Shown: positions 23,938 to 37,119 of the stretch, piece after piece
Position numbering within the stretch: the stretch's first letter is position 1
How the letters are laid out: the number at the start of each line of letters is the position of its first letter
From: Octopus sinensis
Taxonomy: Eukaryota
DNA length: 64,000 nucleotides
Reading direction: 5' to 3'
NCBI RefSeq assembly: GCF_006345805.1
Contig: NC_043004.1
Span: forward strand, 78,182,001-78,246,000
Notes under the pieces: generated by a model
Database searches by the model: none
The model's input: the letters and a program-made list of their open reading frames with translations, nothing else
Told to the model about the DNA's origin: nothing
Program-made: the position numbers and the translations under genes

Positions 23938-24189
23938 TCTGCTTCTTCGGGGAATGATCTCCCTTTGCAGGCTAGAGGATGCCGTGATGGCGTCAGCCCT
24001 TCTGGTGACGTTGATGATCGCCTGGGGCTAAATGCATCAGTAACACCCCCACCGCCCTGCCCTGTCCCGAGCCACATTCAGATGGCTAACGTCCCTTATG
24101 ATATATATATAATATAAATAATATATAAATATATGCATATATACATACATATATGTACATACCTACATATATATGTATATATACATGCA

Positions 24190-24525
24190 TATATGGGTAC
24201 AGGACATCAAAAAAACGTTGAATACAATGAGAAACGGAAACTTAAAAACAAAAACATAGAAGCGAACATTTTTTCAGACAACGAAAAAAAACAGAGAAAT
24301 GAGATATACAACATAAAGAATATTCCCCTTCTTCAGTTGTCTCTGTTTCATTTACTCCACATTTCGAAGGCAAGGACAAGACACGACTTCATTGAAACAG
24401 TCCTTCCCACAAAGTAAATTAAATAAAATTTGGGATTTTTTGCAGAGGGTGAAAGTGGAAACAAGAACAGGACAGTGAGAACAAAACAGTAAAAACAAAC
24501 AATGAGAGCTGTTGAGCCAAGAATA
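24190..24525 (+). mobile_element. Unclassified interspersed repeat (second copy inverted at ~55940-56290)
   Basis: ATGGGTACAGGAC..AAAAAAA..TGAATACAATGAGAAAC...TTCCCC shared between the two loci; both next to TA microsatellites. Confidence 0.65.
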
Positions 24526-24544
24526 TATATATATATATATACAT

Positions 24545-24747
24545 ACAATTATAAATAGGGACAAAAGAAAAACATTTCTATGCCAATATGCTGAGAAATA
24601 GACTTTAAATCACCAATCACCACATACAATATTTTTCACAATGAATACACAGCGTGAGTGGAAAATATGTGGTGATTGATGATCTAAACTCTATTTCTCA
24701 GCATATTTGGCATAGAAATTTTTTCTTTTGCCCTTATTTATAATTGT
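24545..24747. repeat. Foldback with ~90-bp diverged arms adjoining (TA)n
   Basis: ACAATTATAAATAGGGACAAAAG...TATGCTGAGAAATAG...CAATCACCACATA mirrored by TATGTGGTGATTG...CTATTTCTCAGCATA...CTTTTGCCCTTATTTATAATTGT. Confidence 0.85.
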
Positions 24748-24784
24748 TTATAATTTTCACCTTAAAAGGTATTCTAATATGCTT

Positions 24785-24893
24785 ACTCTTTTATTTATTT
24801 CAGTCATTTGACTGTGGCCGTACTGGAACACCGCCCTTTGTCGAGCAATGTTGGGGGACAAAGACAGACACACAAACATATACACACACACAT

Positions 24894-24930
<37 letters not shown>

Positions 24931-24942
24931 ACACACACACAC

Positions 24943-24979
<37 letters not shown>

Positions 24980-25140
24980 CGACAGGCTTCTTTCAGTTTC
25001 CATCTACCAAATCCACTCACAAGGCTTTGGTCAGCCTGAGTCTATAGAAGACACTTGCCTAAGGTGCCACACAGTGGGAGTGAACCCAGAATCATGTGTT
25101 TAGTAAGCAAGCTACTTACCACACAGCCATTCTTGTGCCT
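24785..25140 (-). mobile_element. Family B SINE
   Basis: Reverse complement of the family B head and tail, with expanded (CA)/(TA) tract. Confidence 0.8.
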
Positions 25141-25179
25141 AATGATGAAATTTTTTGAAAAAAAATTTATCCTATATTA

Positions 25180-25220
<41 letters not shown>

Positions 25221-25902
25221 TGCAAAAATTAGTCAGTTGCTGAATAAAATAAAGAAATATCAAAATAGTTCTTGGAGAGATAAAGTAGGAAATGGTAATT
25301 TTCATCATGACTATTTATGGATGCTGTTTGATAGTCATTATAAATCCAACATCTAAAAGCAGGAATTACTGACCATTAATTGAAGCAAAATGTCAGAAAT
25401 CTCAGAAGAAATTCCTTAAAATGGACATCACCTATCTTTAGAGCTAACATCGTAGCTGTTCAGTTTCAGAAAAAGAAAGTCCAAGAGGAAGTGTTCAAAT
25501 TGGAAAACTTAACAGAGAACCAAAGTTTATAACTGAGAAATATTGAATATTGATCTAATATTGATAATGCCCAGCAAGTTTTAAGGTCATTTGGTAAGAA
25601 ACACACATCAAGTGGAAAGATAATCAAATTAATTTCCATTTCGAAAGAGGAAAAGTTTCAAGATTTACTTAGCGATATTGAAGATGATATTTCTAAACTT
25701 CAATGGAAATTTGGAACTGTTAAATATCCCAGCAATATTAATAATACTGGATCTTAGGAATTGGTTTAGAGTAGAAAATATTGGTTTATAGAAACAGTTC
25801 TTTTTTTCAGTATCTCGTTTATTCTGTATGCATACATTCACATACAATCAAAGCTACAAACACACAGATTATATATATATATATATATATATATAAATAT
25901 AA

Positions 25903-26315
25903 AAGGAGTGGCTGTGTGATAAGTAGCTTGCTTACCAACCACATGGTTCTGGGTTCAATCCCACTGTATGGCACCTTGGGCAGGTGTCTTCTACTATAGC
26001 CTCGGGCTGACCAAAGCCTTGTGAGTGAATTTGGTAGATGGAAACTGAAAGAAGCCCATCGTATATGTGTATATATGTGTGTATGTATATATATGTGTGT
26101 GTATGTTTGTGTCTGTGCTCATCCCCCCAACATCACTTGGCAACCGATGGTAGTTTGTTTAGGTCCCTGTAACTTAGCAGTTTGGCAAAAGAGACTGATA
26201 GAATAAGTACTAGGCTTACAAAGTATAAGTCCTGGGATCGATTTGCACGACTAAAGGCGGTGCTCCAGTATGGCCGCAGTCAAAATGACAGAAGCAAGTA
26301 AAATAGTAAGAGTAA
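25903..26315 (+). mobile_element. Family B SINE
   Basis: AGGAGTGGCTGTGTGATAAGTAGCTTGC head through GGCGGTGCTCCAGTATGGCCGCAGTC tail. Confidence 0.85.
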
Positions 26316-27922
26316 ATGGAACAAAAATGCAATACAGTGCACATTAAAATGTTTGGACAGATAGACAATACAAAGGTGGACAAGAGAAACAACAATTAGA
26401 AGGACAGGCAAAAAAAAACCGGATCATTCTTGGCTTTCTTTCTTTAGTGAAGTACCTGAAATCACGATCATTTCAGACAGTTACACTTGAGATGGTGCGA
26501 TCTGGTTGTCCCCCAAAAAGTCTAACCTAAGAGCATTAGACCATTAGACCCCTTTGTAAGAAAGCTAGCGAATGTGTACGGCAACAAAGACAAAAAAAAC
26601 ACAAACAAAAAAAATTGAGAACATGGTACAGAATTACGAATACAAACAAGAAATAACAACAGGTGCCTTTCGACTGAGAATGATTCAAATTGGGCTGGCG
26701 TGTATGGAGTGAAAGCCTATATATATAATGAAGTAAAACCTTGAGATGACATTTTCAATGCATTTAATGGCTACAAATAATTACACAAAAGAGATGGAAT
26801 TAACAGGAATTTCATCCTTTATACAAAATCATTCCCAGTTAAGACATATCAAACAATTTGATCATATTTGCCCATTATATATAATGCGGGTAGGTTAAGT
26901 TTCCTACCAGATGAGGAAAGGACATGGCTAGCTTAATTGTTAATTTGTTAATTATTAAAGAAAGAAGAGCTTTACAGTTTGCCTGAAACAAAAGTAAACT
27001 AACAAATAATGAAGATCTTCTACTGATACAAAAAGGAGAAGTTGGGTAACCTTCATATTCAGACAGGTGTAAATGGTTTAGAAATGCAAGCTGATGGAGA
27101 TTTTGCCTTCGCAAACTAAATGACAGGATCTACATAAATTTACATATCTTTAAGTCATTCACTTCTGATGATGGACCTTTATGCCTGAAGTATATAAAGG
27201 TCACTCAAATTTTCCTTTTCACTTGAAGCCCTCAATCTCCATTATTTGTTATTTTAGTTCTGTATCACAATGCTTTAAGCAAACTATTATGATCATCTTT
27301 CTTCAAAAATTAATTCTCTTATTGGAGTGTTCAATAAATCTATTCCATTGATCTCAGAAGCTCTTTTTTGCCCTGTGAGCTATAAGGTGACTCTACCAGT
27401 GCTGGTGCCACATAAACTGTTGGCCAATTGATTGAAGCAGTGAGAAAGAAGGATTTGACAGAGCTCTTTAGTCTTACAACATAAAGTAATCTCTATAGAG
27501 CTGGTACCATGAAAAATGCATCTAGTCCACTCTGTAAATTGGTTGGTGTTAGGAAGGGCATCCAGCTATAGAAACCATGCCAAAAGTAAGGTGTGATTCT
27601 CTGTTCCATTGGTGGATCCTGTCAAACTATCCAATCCAAGCCAGCATGAAAAATGGAGGTAAAATGATAATATATGATGATGTAAATTAATTAGAGATAA
27701 GCTTTTTATAAAATTAATTATATTGCAAAGAGAGTTATTTCATTTTCGAAAGATTTTTTGGAAAAGGGTCAAAACTGAAAAATTACATACAAGGGGTGGT
27801 GTGAGGTAAAAATACCCCATTTTCCATTGTTTTTAATTTTGTGTTTATTTAGAATGCTTGTTTTGTTTAAAAACATAATCTTCAGGGCTTAAAACATAAA
27901 CATTCAGATGGCAGTTCTTAAC

Positions 27923-28678
27923 ACATGGGTCAGGTGAAAAGTTCATTCACTGACCAAGATACTTTCGTGGTATGTGACCAAATGAAATTTATTTTTCAAA
28001 ATAGTTCCTCTTGCAGACCACACACTTCTTCTGCCAGTGTTGCAGTGCTTGGATCTCACTGATGGAAAAGCTTTTACCAGCAGATATGACATCATCACTG
28101 TGATACTGGTTCCCAGCCAAGTGTTCTTTTATGCTGAAGCAACAGATGGTAGTTGGATGTAGCCAAGCCAGGAGAATAGGGGTGGGGTGATCAACCAGTT
28201 CAAAACCACAGTTACGCACAGCAGCCACTGAAACCAAGAACTTGCGTACTGGTGCATTGTCCTGATGAAACAAGACCCCATTCGTCAGTTTTCCTTGGTA
28301 TTTGTTTTTGACAGCCTTTCATAACTGTCTCAGCAACGTGGCAAAGAACTCTCCATTGATGGTGTGGCCCTACTGAAGATAGCAAATAAACACAATACCT
28401 TTTGCATCTCAAAAGACTGAGGCCATCACCTTCACCACAACATTGGCCTTTTTCGGAGCAGGTGAGGAGGGGGTGTTTTAACTGCATGGATCATCCCTCT
28501 TGCTCAAAGTGATGAGGCCAACACTCATTCTGGGTTAGGAAACGTTCAAGGAAACCAGCTGGATCTGCCTCAAACAATGTCAGATTCTCACGAAGGGCTG
28601 AAATTAATGTATGCAAGATTTCACAGCTCTAGCATCAGTCCTTCAGTCAGCCTATGAACTTTTCAAGCCACCCTCATA
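27923..28678 (-). mobile_element. Internally deleted mariner element
   Basis: Track ORF 27989-28273 reads HQDNAP...GFELVDHP...QKKCV...YFEK*, a mariner C-terminus. Imperfect TIRs with shared core TGAAAAGTTCAT at ~27935 and (reverse) ~28655. Confidence 0.8.
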
Positions 28679-29873
28679 GATAATTTTCAACTTTTGTACA
28701 GGAATGCCTAAATAAGCAATACGAAGGTAATGTCCCATCCGCTCTACGACTCAAAAACATAACTGTCTAATGAAAAACTTCGTTGTTTGTTTGTCTGTCT
28801 GTGTGTCTGTGATTGTTTTTATTCCTATCACCGAATTTCTGAAATGACTTCATTTGTTTTTCTCCTCACCAGACTTCATAATAAAATATTATCATAAAGT
28901 CAACATTACATAAAAAGCCCCTCCACCACATCAAATCCATTAAAATAGTAAATGGTAAATGGTTCCATCAAAGAAACTACCAAAACAAGCCGTCAAATCT
29001 TTTTGTTCTTCAGACACTAAATCAACATCAACTTTATGGAAATGACAAACTCAACAAACACCATTTAATACAATAATATTTTGGCTTTAAATGAAAAAAA
29101 AATAAAAATAAAATAATGTAAAGTGTTTTGGGAGGTGCTTGCTTTTTATCTTCCTCTTTTTTCTTTTTCAAGACTAAATCAGTTGAGACAATGAGGGAAA
29201 CTAGCTAAAATCAATCAATCAGTCGATCAAATCTAGACGATTTATACTTTTATCAGGAAGACAATCACTGAACGTTGGTTGACGTGAAATAAAGTTGATG
29301 TTATTTAATAAATTAATGACGAGACAAAAGAAATACTTCTTTTTCATTTTGACAGGAGTTATATAAGACTTCTCTCACATTTTGAAGAGACAATCTACAG
29401 AGTATAGTTGTTGTGGTGGTGGTCGTTGTTTAGTACACTAGTCAAACATGATTAGATCTCTGATCAAAGGCGGTCCAGCTGTAGTTATCCTATCTTTTGA
29501 GGAATGGCATTTTTTAACATTTTTTACCGTCATAAAACAGTGAAAGTAAATAGTCCTAAAAAATGAAAGTAAACTGAGACAGAAAGCGGAAGTAACAATA
29601 GTGATATACCACAATTTCATAAAACCCGTTTGATACCCGATGGGTGGGATTCGTATGTGGATCTTGGCAACTTCTATACTGATCAAGTTCTTGACTATTT
29701 ACTCAATTTTATTGATCCAAATGATAACAGTAATCATATATAGATTATAGAAGGGTGATTGATGCTCGCCAAGAAGATACTTAGGTGACAATATGGGACA
29801 AGTGATGGTTTATTTACATCATATCTTTATGAGCATGTGTTGTGAAACAAATTTAGAAATAATGAAAAATTAT

Positions 29874-30278
29874 GGATCTTTTCAGTTTGAATGGCAGTTT
29901 TTTTAAAAATAATTTCCACGTAACTAAACACTTTTAAACTTCGTATACTGGTGTTTATAAAACATCTTTTTCTCTTGGCTTTATTGAGAAAATTCTATAG
30001 TTTGTAAGATATTTGTTGTGTTTTTTCTTCAATTTCTGCAATTTCAACCAATCAATGAAGTCTATTGAGGTGAAAACATTCTGTGCCGTATGAATATGTT
30101 CCTTGTTTAAGAAAGAGATTGGGTTTATTTACATTTCTGAAGAAAAAAGATACCCTTTCCCCCACCCCTAACCCTAAAACAGATTGAAATGCAATAGATC
30201 GATACTAGGGTTATAAGTATGGGTGACAATTTCATATGACACCACTAGAAAAAACTGCCGTTCAAACCGAAAAGATCC
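29874..30278. mobile_element. 405-bp MITE, GG...CC termini, perfect 8-bp TSD (Merlin-like by inference)
   Basis: TIRs GGATCTTTTCAGTTTGAATGGCAGTTTTTT / AAAAAACTGCCGTTCAAACCGAAAAGATCC; AAAATTAT at 29866-29873 and 30279-30286. Confidence 0.85.
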
Positions 30279-31307
30279 AAAATTATTCCTGCATCAATGT
30301 TTTCCCATAAATGCGATTGTTTTCATCTTATATAAAATATACACATGTTATATGTGTTGTTTATATCACATACATTGTTTGCATGAAATTATTGGATGTC
30401 CTTCGTTACTCCCAGCTTATAATGCATTTTTTTTTTAACCTTTTACAACAATAAGCTGCATGTTACCCGCATACTCTGCCTACAACTACAGCTTCAAATG
30501 CCTTCCTTTTCTGAAGTGGTAGGGAGTGATTTGAGGGATAATTGGCTGTTATTTCTAACATATCAAGCAACCACGTATAGACATTTCCCTGTGTGTGTAT
30601 ATATGGTGTGTGTGCTTAGTTCTTTGTTTTATTGCTGTTAAAAATCAATGACTTACATAAGTATAGGGTCTTAAATATTTAGTCCTGATCAAGCTGATTA
30701 ATGATTGAAGACGTTCCAGTCATGACTATCTCATCATTTTGTATAGATCAGCTGCTGCTCTGTCTATCATCCCCCATTTTTCTAAGATTGTAGAGTGAGA
30801 TTTGAAGAAGATTTAGTTACAATTTCTAATAAGGAGTGAACGTGTTGGGTTGTGAAATAAACACCAGATCTAAACGCCTTAACTGAAGTCAAATGAGAAA
30901 AACCTGCTTATAATATGAAACACAGACACAAAATTATGGAGAATGAATGGAAGTTGAAGATGTTCATGCTCTTCTCCTCCAATTTAACTGGTGAGAAATG
31001 GTGAACAGTCAAAAGTTCTCTTAGCTGAATCAGATTTGCTATATTAGCAAATATTCCAAAATGTTGGAAAAGAAGCAATCGATACACTGCAAAACAAAAG
31101 ACATCAAAAACAATCTAAAGAGTGAATGCTACAGATAGGGATCTAATAAAGGGGCCAACAGAAAACATGTTTGTACAAGGTACAAATGACGTCTACATGA
31201 TGTGTGCAAGATGCATGTGAATCTGCATGATTTGCGAGCTTTTCGTACAACTAAGTCTGCAGAAAGCGACTATATAAGTGTTTTAGCACACACATGTGAG
31301 TTGACAT

Positions 31308-31786
31308 TGTAGTGTACCCTTAATGAAATTCATCCTCTCTCTCTCTCTGACATATATAACATAAATATGAACGTAGCAGATAACAGCCAACCTTCGGCCG
31401 CTTGGGTGCAGTTGTGTCCACTACTCTGATTGGCTGGTTTTGGTGCAGCTTGTCTTTTGCTTTATTTCGCGCCAATGTGCAACCCAACCAATCGCAGCCT
31501 TCTGATAAGACAAGATTCGATGAATCACTGTGTTTTATAGCAAATTAGGAGGCTCCAGAAGAGAATTTAGAAGACTGTGTCATGGGACCTTATCAGAAGG
31601 CTGCGATTGGTTGGGTCGCACATTGGCATGAAATAAAGCAAGAGACAAACTGCACCAAAACCAACCAATCAGAGTAGTGGACACAACTGGGCCCAAGCGG
31701 CCGAAGGTTGGCTGTTATCTGCTACGTCTGTATTTATGTTATATATGTCAGAGAGAGAGGATGAATTTCACTAAGGGTACATTACA
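31308..31786. mobile_element. 479-bp foldback MITE, ~200-bp TIRs, TGT...ACA termini, 4-bp TSD ACAT (Ginger-like by inference)
   Basis: 31308-31509 is the reverse complement of 31589-31786; ACAT at 31304-31307 and 31787-31790. Confidence 0.85.
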
Positions 31787-34700
31787 ACATAATTAGTTTG
31801 CATTTTTTTTAAATAAGATTTTAAGGATATGTCTATGGTGGAGTAGATTACGAGTAGGTAGTAAGAATTGAGAAAAAAATTGGTAGGTGTGTGTGGGGGG
31901 AGTCTCACCTATCTGACTTTTTGTTAATTTCCATAACTTTAGCATATTTCACCCTTTTTTGAGATTTGTTTGACATATTGACATGATGCAATTTACTCTC
32001 GAATTTTTTTGTTAAATGTCAATAAAATAAATATGGATTTTAAAGAGAGTTATTAAAAAAAAAAAACAAGCCAAGAGGGCAGTGGGCCAAAATTCCTTAA
32101 AAATTTTAATTGCTATAATAATTGTAACCGACACTCTTGAAAAAATGCGATTAAAAGATAAACATTTTTTGTTTTAATTTTTTTAAAAATTCTGAAAAGA
32201 TGAAGTTGAGGGATTGCCACAATCTACACTTATGTCTGTAAGTCGAAAATATATATGTAAAAGATAATTATAAATTTAATTTCAGTTTTCTGCAAAATAA
32301 GGTTAACATGCAGTAAAGGTTTTAAAAAAGAGTGAAATAGGGCGCTGAAACGGCTTTTATCCCTAAAATATATCACTAGAAGGTACCAAAGAAGTAGGTG
32401 CCTGTAATGCGGCATAGAGAAGGAGTTCTTTTAATAAAATTAAAGGATTTCATCGATTCTCATTTCTTCGCCTTTATGGGAAGTTATGGAACGTCAATGT
32501 CGCCACTTCCAGTCAATTTACTTTCATTTTTAAAACCCCTAAACTGCATGTTAGCCAAAAGGAGACATTTACCGATAGTTCAAAGTGTGTGAGCAGGACG
32601 GGGTTACTGCCAAATGTTAGTAATTACAGATGAAACGTCAATTCACACAGGTAAAAAAGGAGAGAGAATTTCAATGAAACCATTGTTAATTAAAAATTAA
32701 AGGTTTGAGTTATACAGATGTTCTTTTTGGCTTTCTCGTGTAATAGTATGAAAACAAAATGTGGCCGAGGTGAAATTTAAGAGAATATGCGTGACCAAGG
32801 AGAAAGGATGGACAACTTGGTATCTTGTTGCAACGAAAATATTTAATGCGTTGAGACGAGCAGAAAAACCATTTAAATTATGGTTGAGTCATGTTCAAGA
32901 AAGATCGAGAACAGCTTGCTCCGGTTGTGTTTATTGAAAGAATAACCAACTGCGGTTTCTGCCTAAATAGTTTAGTTGAGAGGTAGCGCCCTCATATTGA
33001 TCCAGTCAAAGGATAAACCACTAAAACTTCACCTAACGGCAACAGGGTCACTGTCACCTGATAAAGGAATGCTCTTAATGTCTTTCATTTTAATTCGACA
33101 CACCTTAAGAATCGACAGGTAATTCATGGCTAGGATATATTTCTATAGAAATATTAAACCGACCCCGTCCGTGACTGTCATTTTATTTAATCAACCTCGA
33201 AAGGATTAAGGGTAAAGTTGACATGAGCAGGATTTGAACTCACAACGTAAAGACAGTTTACTAGGTATAAACAAAATGAGCAAAAAGAAAAGCCTCAGAG
33301 AAGTCAGCCGCGGTGCCAATTGCAGGTATATCAAATACCATATAACATACATTCTTGATTCTATTAACATTATCTTTGCCTCCAGAGGATGTTTCATAAC
33401 AACCTAGCCGTAATTAGGACTTCGCAGGCAATTTTCTGATGCTTTGGGGTGTTTAATGAGAAGGAATTTTGTGCCTCTCAAACATTTGCTGAGAATTTAT
33501 TTTAATACCAGCGGAAGAGAATAAATATTAATCAAAAAGATAAAGTGTTGCTTTATTTTTGCTATTTATCATATTTTTAGGCAGTTATATAATAAGGAAG
33601 AGCGGGGTGTCCTTTGGTGGGATATTATTAAATTAAAACAAAGCTGAATATTAAATTCTTCTTGACTTTAATTAGGTCAGTTGTAGGTCTGATAATTATT
33701 TCATTTATATCTTGTGAAGCTAAAACATGTGTTCGCAGTTTCAATTCGCAATTGAAACTTTTAAAGAATTTTAAGACCTCTCTCTCTCTCTTTCTATTCA
33801 CCACTTTCTTTCAATCTCTACCTTTTCTTGTGTGTGTATGAATGTGTGAAAGATCGTAAAGTTCTCTAGAAGTTCGCTGTTCCAATTGAGTTGATACAAG
33901 TTCTCTTCAGAATAGCATCACAATATTTCTCTTCAATTCTTTTAAAATATGCGCTTTATATGTATGTCTAACCAAAAAGGAACTATATACATACATATAT
34001 TTATATATTTGCAATAGCAAAACTTGGTTGTCAAAACTTCAAAGTAATCAACCGTTTTTGTTTCCAATTTTAAATTCTTCTTGTCTTTTCACATTAATTG
34101 CAAAGAAAACATTCCAGTTCCAAAATATGAAAGCATTTTAAAAACGAACGAAACAAAAACCAACAACAACTGATGATACATTGAGCTGAAGGCTTACCAT
34201 TCTTATTTGCTTCCTTGATGTAAGGAAATTATGACGGGGTTTCGAAATAGCTGTACGACTATATCAATTACACACACACACACACATTGTTTATAATCAT
34301 AGACACATTCTTTGTGTACACATATGCATCCTTTATATATATCTGTATGTGTGTGTGCACATACATACTGTTCGGGCACACTTGGAGATTCTTTTGAATA
34401 AGACCATAAATAAAATAAGCATCAGAGCAGAAGATTTAGAAACAGTACCAAATATCTCCCCAATTCCAGTATTGTACTTTATCATCTACCATCTCGTAAT
34501 TTTATTTTAAATTCTTTATCAAAATAACATCAATTAAAGAAACCGTAATTAATTAATAAATACATTAGTTGTGTCAGACAGAGATCTGATAAACACCGAC
34601 CGCAAACTTCCTTAACAACAAATAAACTATATTTATATATATATATATACATATGTATAATTTATTTAACACAGTTTCAAGTGTAGAGAATATGTACTTA

Positions 34701-35562
34701 CCTAAATATTTGATTTTCCTTTATTATTTCACTTTAATTGGGATACTTCCCTCCGTTATAATTAATGGAATTGACTTTCGTCGTAGATAGTCCATAATGC
34801 TCCGTCTTGAAGCGCCAACTTCTTTAACTCCTTAAGAAGGAATTTAATATTACCATTCGTTGTTTATGAAGAATACTAGTGCTATTCCCTGCTGGGTTGA
34901 AAACCACAATGTACTATATATCTTTCTATCTGTCTGTCTGTCAGGTCGACAGTACACCCACTTATTGTTCCTTCTTTCTTTCTTTCTTCCTCTCTCTTCC
35001 TTCTGTGAACTAATTCTCACAAGTGCCGTGGCTTAATTCTAAGGAACTTTAAATTGGAACTCATTCATGAATGAAATTTCAGATATTGTATTTTCACTTT
35101 TTCCAAATCTGAAATTCTTATCGTTATGCACGTTGCCCCCTGATTGTCACTATCTTTTATAGTTTATATAATTTTATATTCATGTGTGTGTGTGTATATA
35201 TGTACACAGGCTCACACACACACACGTGCATACACAGACATATATGCATATAATATAGGGAAAGAGAGAGGGGGCAGACAGATATACAGACCGACAGACA
35301 GATACACAAACAGAAAGAAAGAGAGGGAATAGATAGATAGATAGATAGATACTGAAAAAATATAAAATTCTATAATACCAGCCATTAGCTATGATAAAGA
35401 ACTATGTAGTAATATAAACACATTCCTTATTTGTTCTCAGTGTTCATAAAACAAAAAAACACATGGCGTGGGGATAGGAGGTTTCTGGCAGAGCAATTCA
35501 AAACTTGTTGATTATTCCTCAGAAAACTTTCCTATCTTGTTTCCGCAATCAATGACATAAAC

Positions 35563-35608
<46 letters not shown>

Positions 35609-35861
35609 CATTATTATTATTATTATTATTTTACTTTCTTTCTTGTTTTTCCTTTTTTTTTATCTTTTACTTGTTTCAGTCATTAAACAAAAAAATTTGT
35701 GCGAAAGATTGATAAAAGTCTTGCACGAAACTCAAGGCCCTTGAGTCACTAATACAGCTTATAAATATAAGCTCTGCATTTGAGTTTTATTCATCCATTT
35801 GTGCCACCAAACCTGCATAGAAGCATGCATGCATGTCTATACACATCAACATGTGCACACG

Positions 35862-35892
<31 letters not shown>

Positions 35893-37054
35893 GCTCTCTT
35901 ACATATGTATACACACAGGTATAGTCATGTCATCGTTTAACGTCCGTTTTCCATGCTAGCATGGGTTGGACAGTTCATCCAGGATCTGGGAAGCCAGGAG
36001 GCTGCACCAAGCCCAGTCTGATCTGGCAGTGTTTCTAAACCTGGATGCCCTTCCTAACGCCAACCACTCCGTGAGTGTAGTGGGTGCTTTTTACGTGCCA
36101 CCGGCACAGGTGCCATGCGAGGCTGGCAACAGCCACTGTTGGACTGGTGCTTTTTACATGCCACCGGCACGGAAGCCAATCAAGGCAGCACTGGTATCGG
36201 CCACGTTTGGATGGAAATTAGTTTTGGAATCACATGGTTAGGGGTTCAAATGTCTGGTGTCCTGTTCTTTAAGCAGGTATGGACTGATACCTTTTGAGTG
36301 AAATTAAGACACAGAAACTGAAACAGCCCCTCATCATAACCATCATCATCACCATCATAACAGAAAGTCCATCTTCCACTCTGGCTTGGGTTGACAGGAT
36401 GCAATGAACCCAAGGGCTGCATCATACAAGTCTACTTCAGCATGGTTTCTATGCTCGGAGGCCCTTCCAATTGCCAACCACTTTGCAGAATGTACCAGGT
36501 ATATTTTATGTGGCACCAGCACTAGTGGGGTGATCATGCAGCTTGCAAGACCACAAACCTCGTGTGTGTGATTGTGTGAATGTGTTTGTATATCTCTTCA
36601 TCTTCATGTAAGTTCACTGACTGTAAACAAAAAGCTTGTTCAGAAGGTGTAGTTTTTGTTTCCAGTTCTTTCTGTAACGATGTCCGAACTGTCCATTTTT
36701 CACTAGACTGGGCGATTGCTACTTTGCTTGGAAATAAGTGAGAGTCATTGACGAGAAGAGCATCCAGGCATAAAAAAAATGCTGTCCCAGTGTAGTCCAT
36801 TCTGACCTGTGCACACATAGAAAAGGAGGCATTAAAACAATAAAGGTGGTGATAAGTTCTTAAACATCTAATATGTGTGTGTGGGGTGTATCATCATCAT
36901 CATCAACATTTAATGTACATTTTCCATGCTGGCACAGAAATATATATATATATATATATAAATATGTATAAAACAATTGCAGTGTGGAAGGTGTTTATAA
37001 GCCATTTAAGAAACACACAAAAACCGTTAGATTCACTTCAACATTTAAATTTAA

Positions 37055-37105
37055 TTTGTCAAAATATTTTCGCCGCTTTGAGACTGCGACCTGTTCACTG
37101 ACAAA
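37055..37105 (-). ncRNA. Minimal type I hammerhead ribozyme, G3-C8 core variant
   Basis: Minus strand: UUUGUCA-GUGAACA-G-GUCGC agucucaaa GCGGC-GAAA-AUAU-UU-UGACAAA. 7-bp stem I, 5-bp stem II, palindromic AAUAUU stem III. Confidence 0.7.
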
Positions 37106-37119
37106 ACTTTGTGCTGCAC

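Larger units (their letters stand above)
23182..24100. mobile_element. Tandem-plus-inverted array of a 358-bp hammerhead-bearing unit (Penelope pLTR/retrozyme-like) inside (TA)n
   Basis: 23183-23330 is repeated at 23541-23688 (period 358). 23689-24100 is the reverse complement of 23230-23642 (~410-bp arms, 46-nt spacer). (TA)n flanks on both sides. Confidence 0.9.

Noticed and set aside
24010-24050. TTGATGA-tcgcctggggc-TAAA-tgca-TC as a second hammerhead in the 358-nt unit
   Set aside because: Needs U3 with G8 and U in place of G12, and stem I does not pair; the motif at 23885-23937 fits far better.
23138-24077. Short ORFs in the 358-nt unit (MASASSGND...)
   Set aside because: GC-rich, non-ATG or short, open on both strands, no recognisable domain. 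Could be a PLE ORF start but unsupported.
25380-25760. Protein-like decayed frame (IDNAQQVLRSFGKK...KLQWKFG)
   Set aside because: Interrupted by stops and matching no family I can recognise; probably an old element remnant.
34697-34900. Minus-strand exon ending in AG|GTAAGT at ~34703
   Set aside because: Good donor, but short frames with stops and no clear acceptor or promoter; at most a non-coding exon, unsupported without transcripts.
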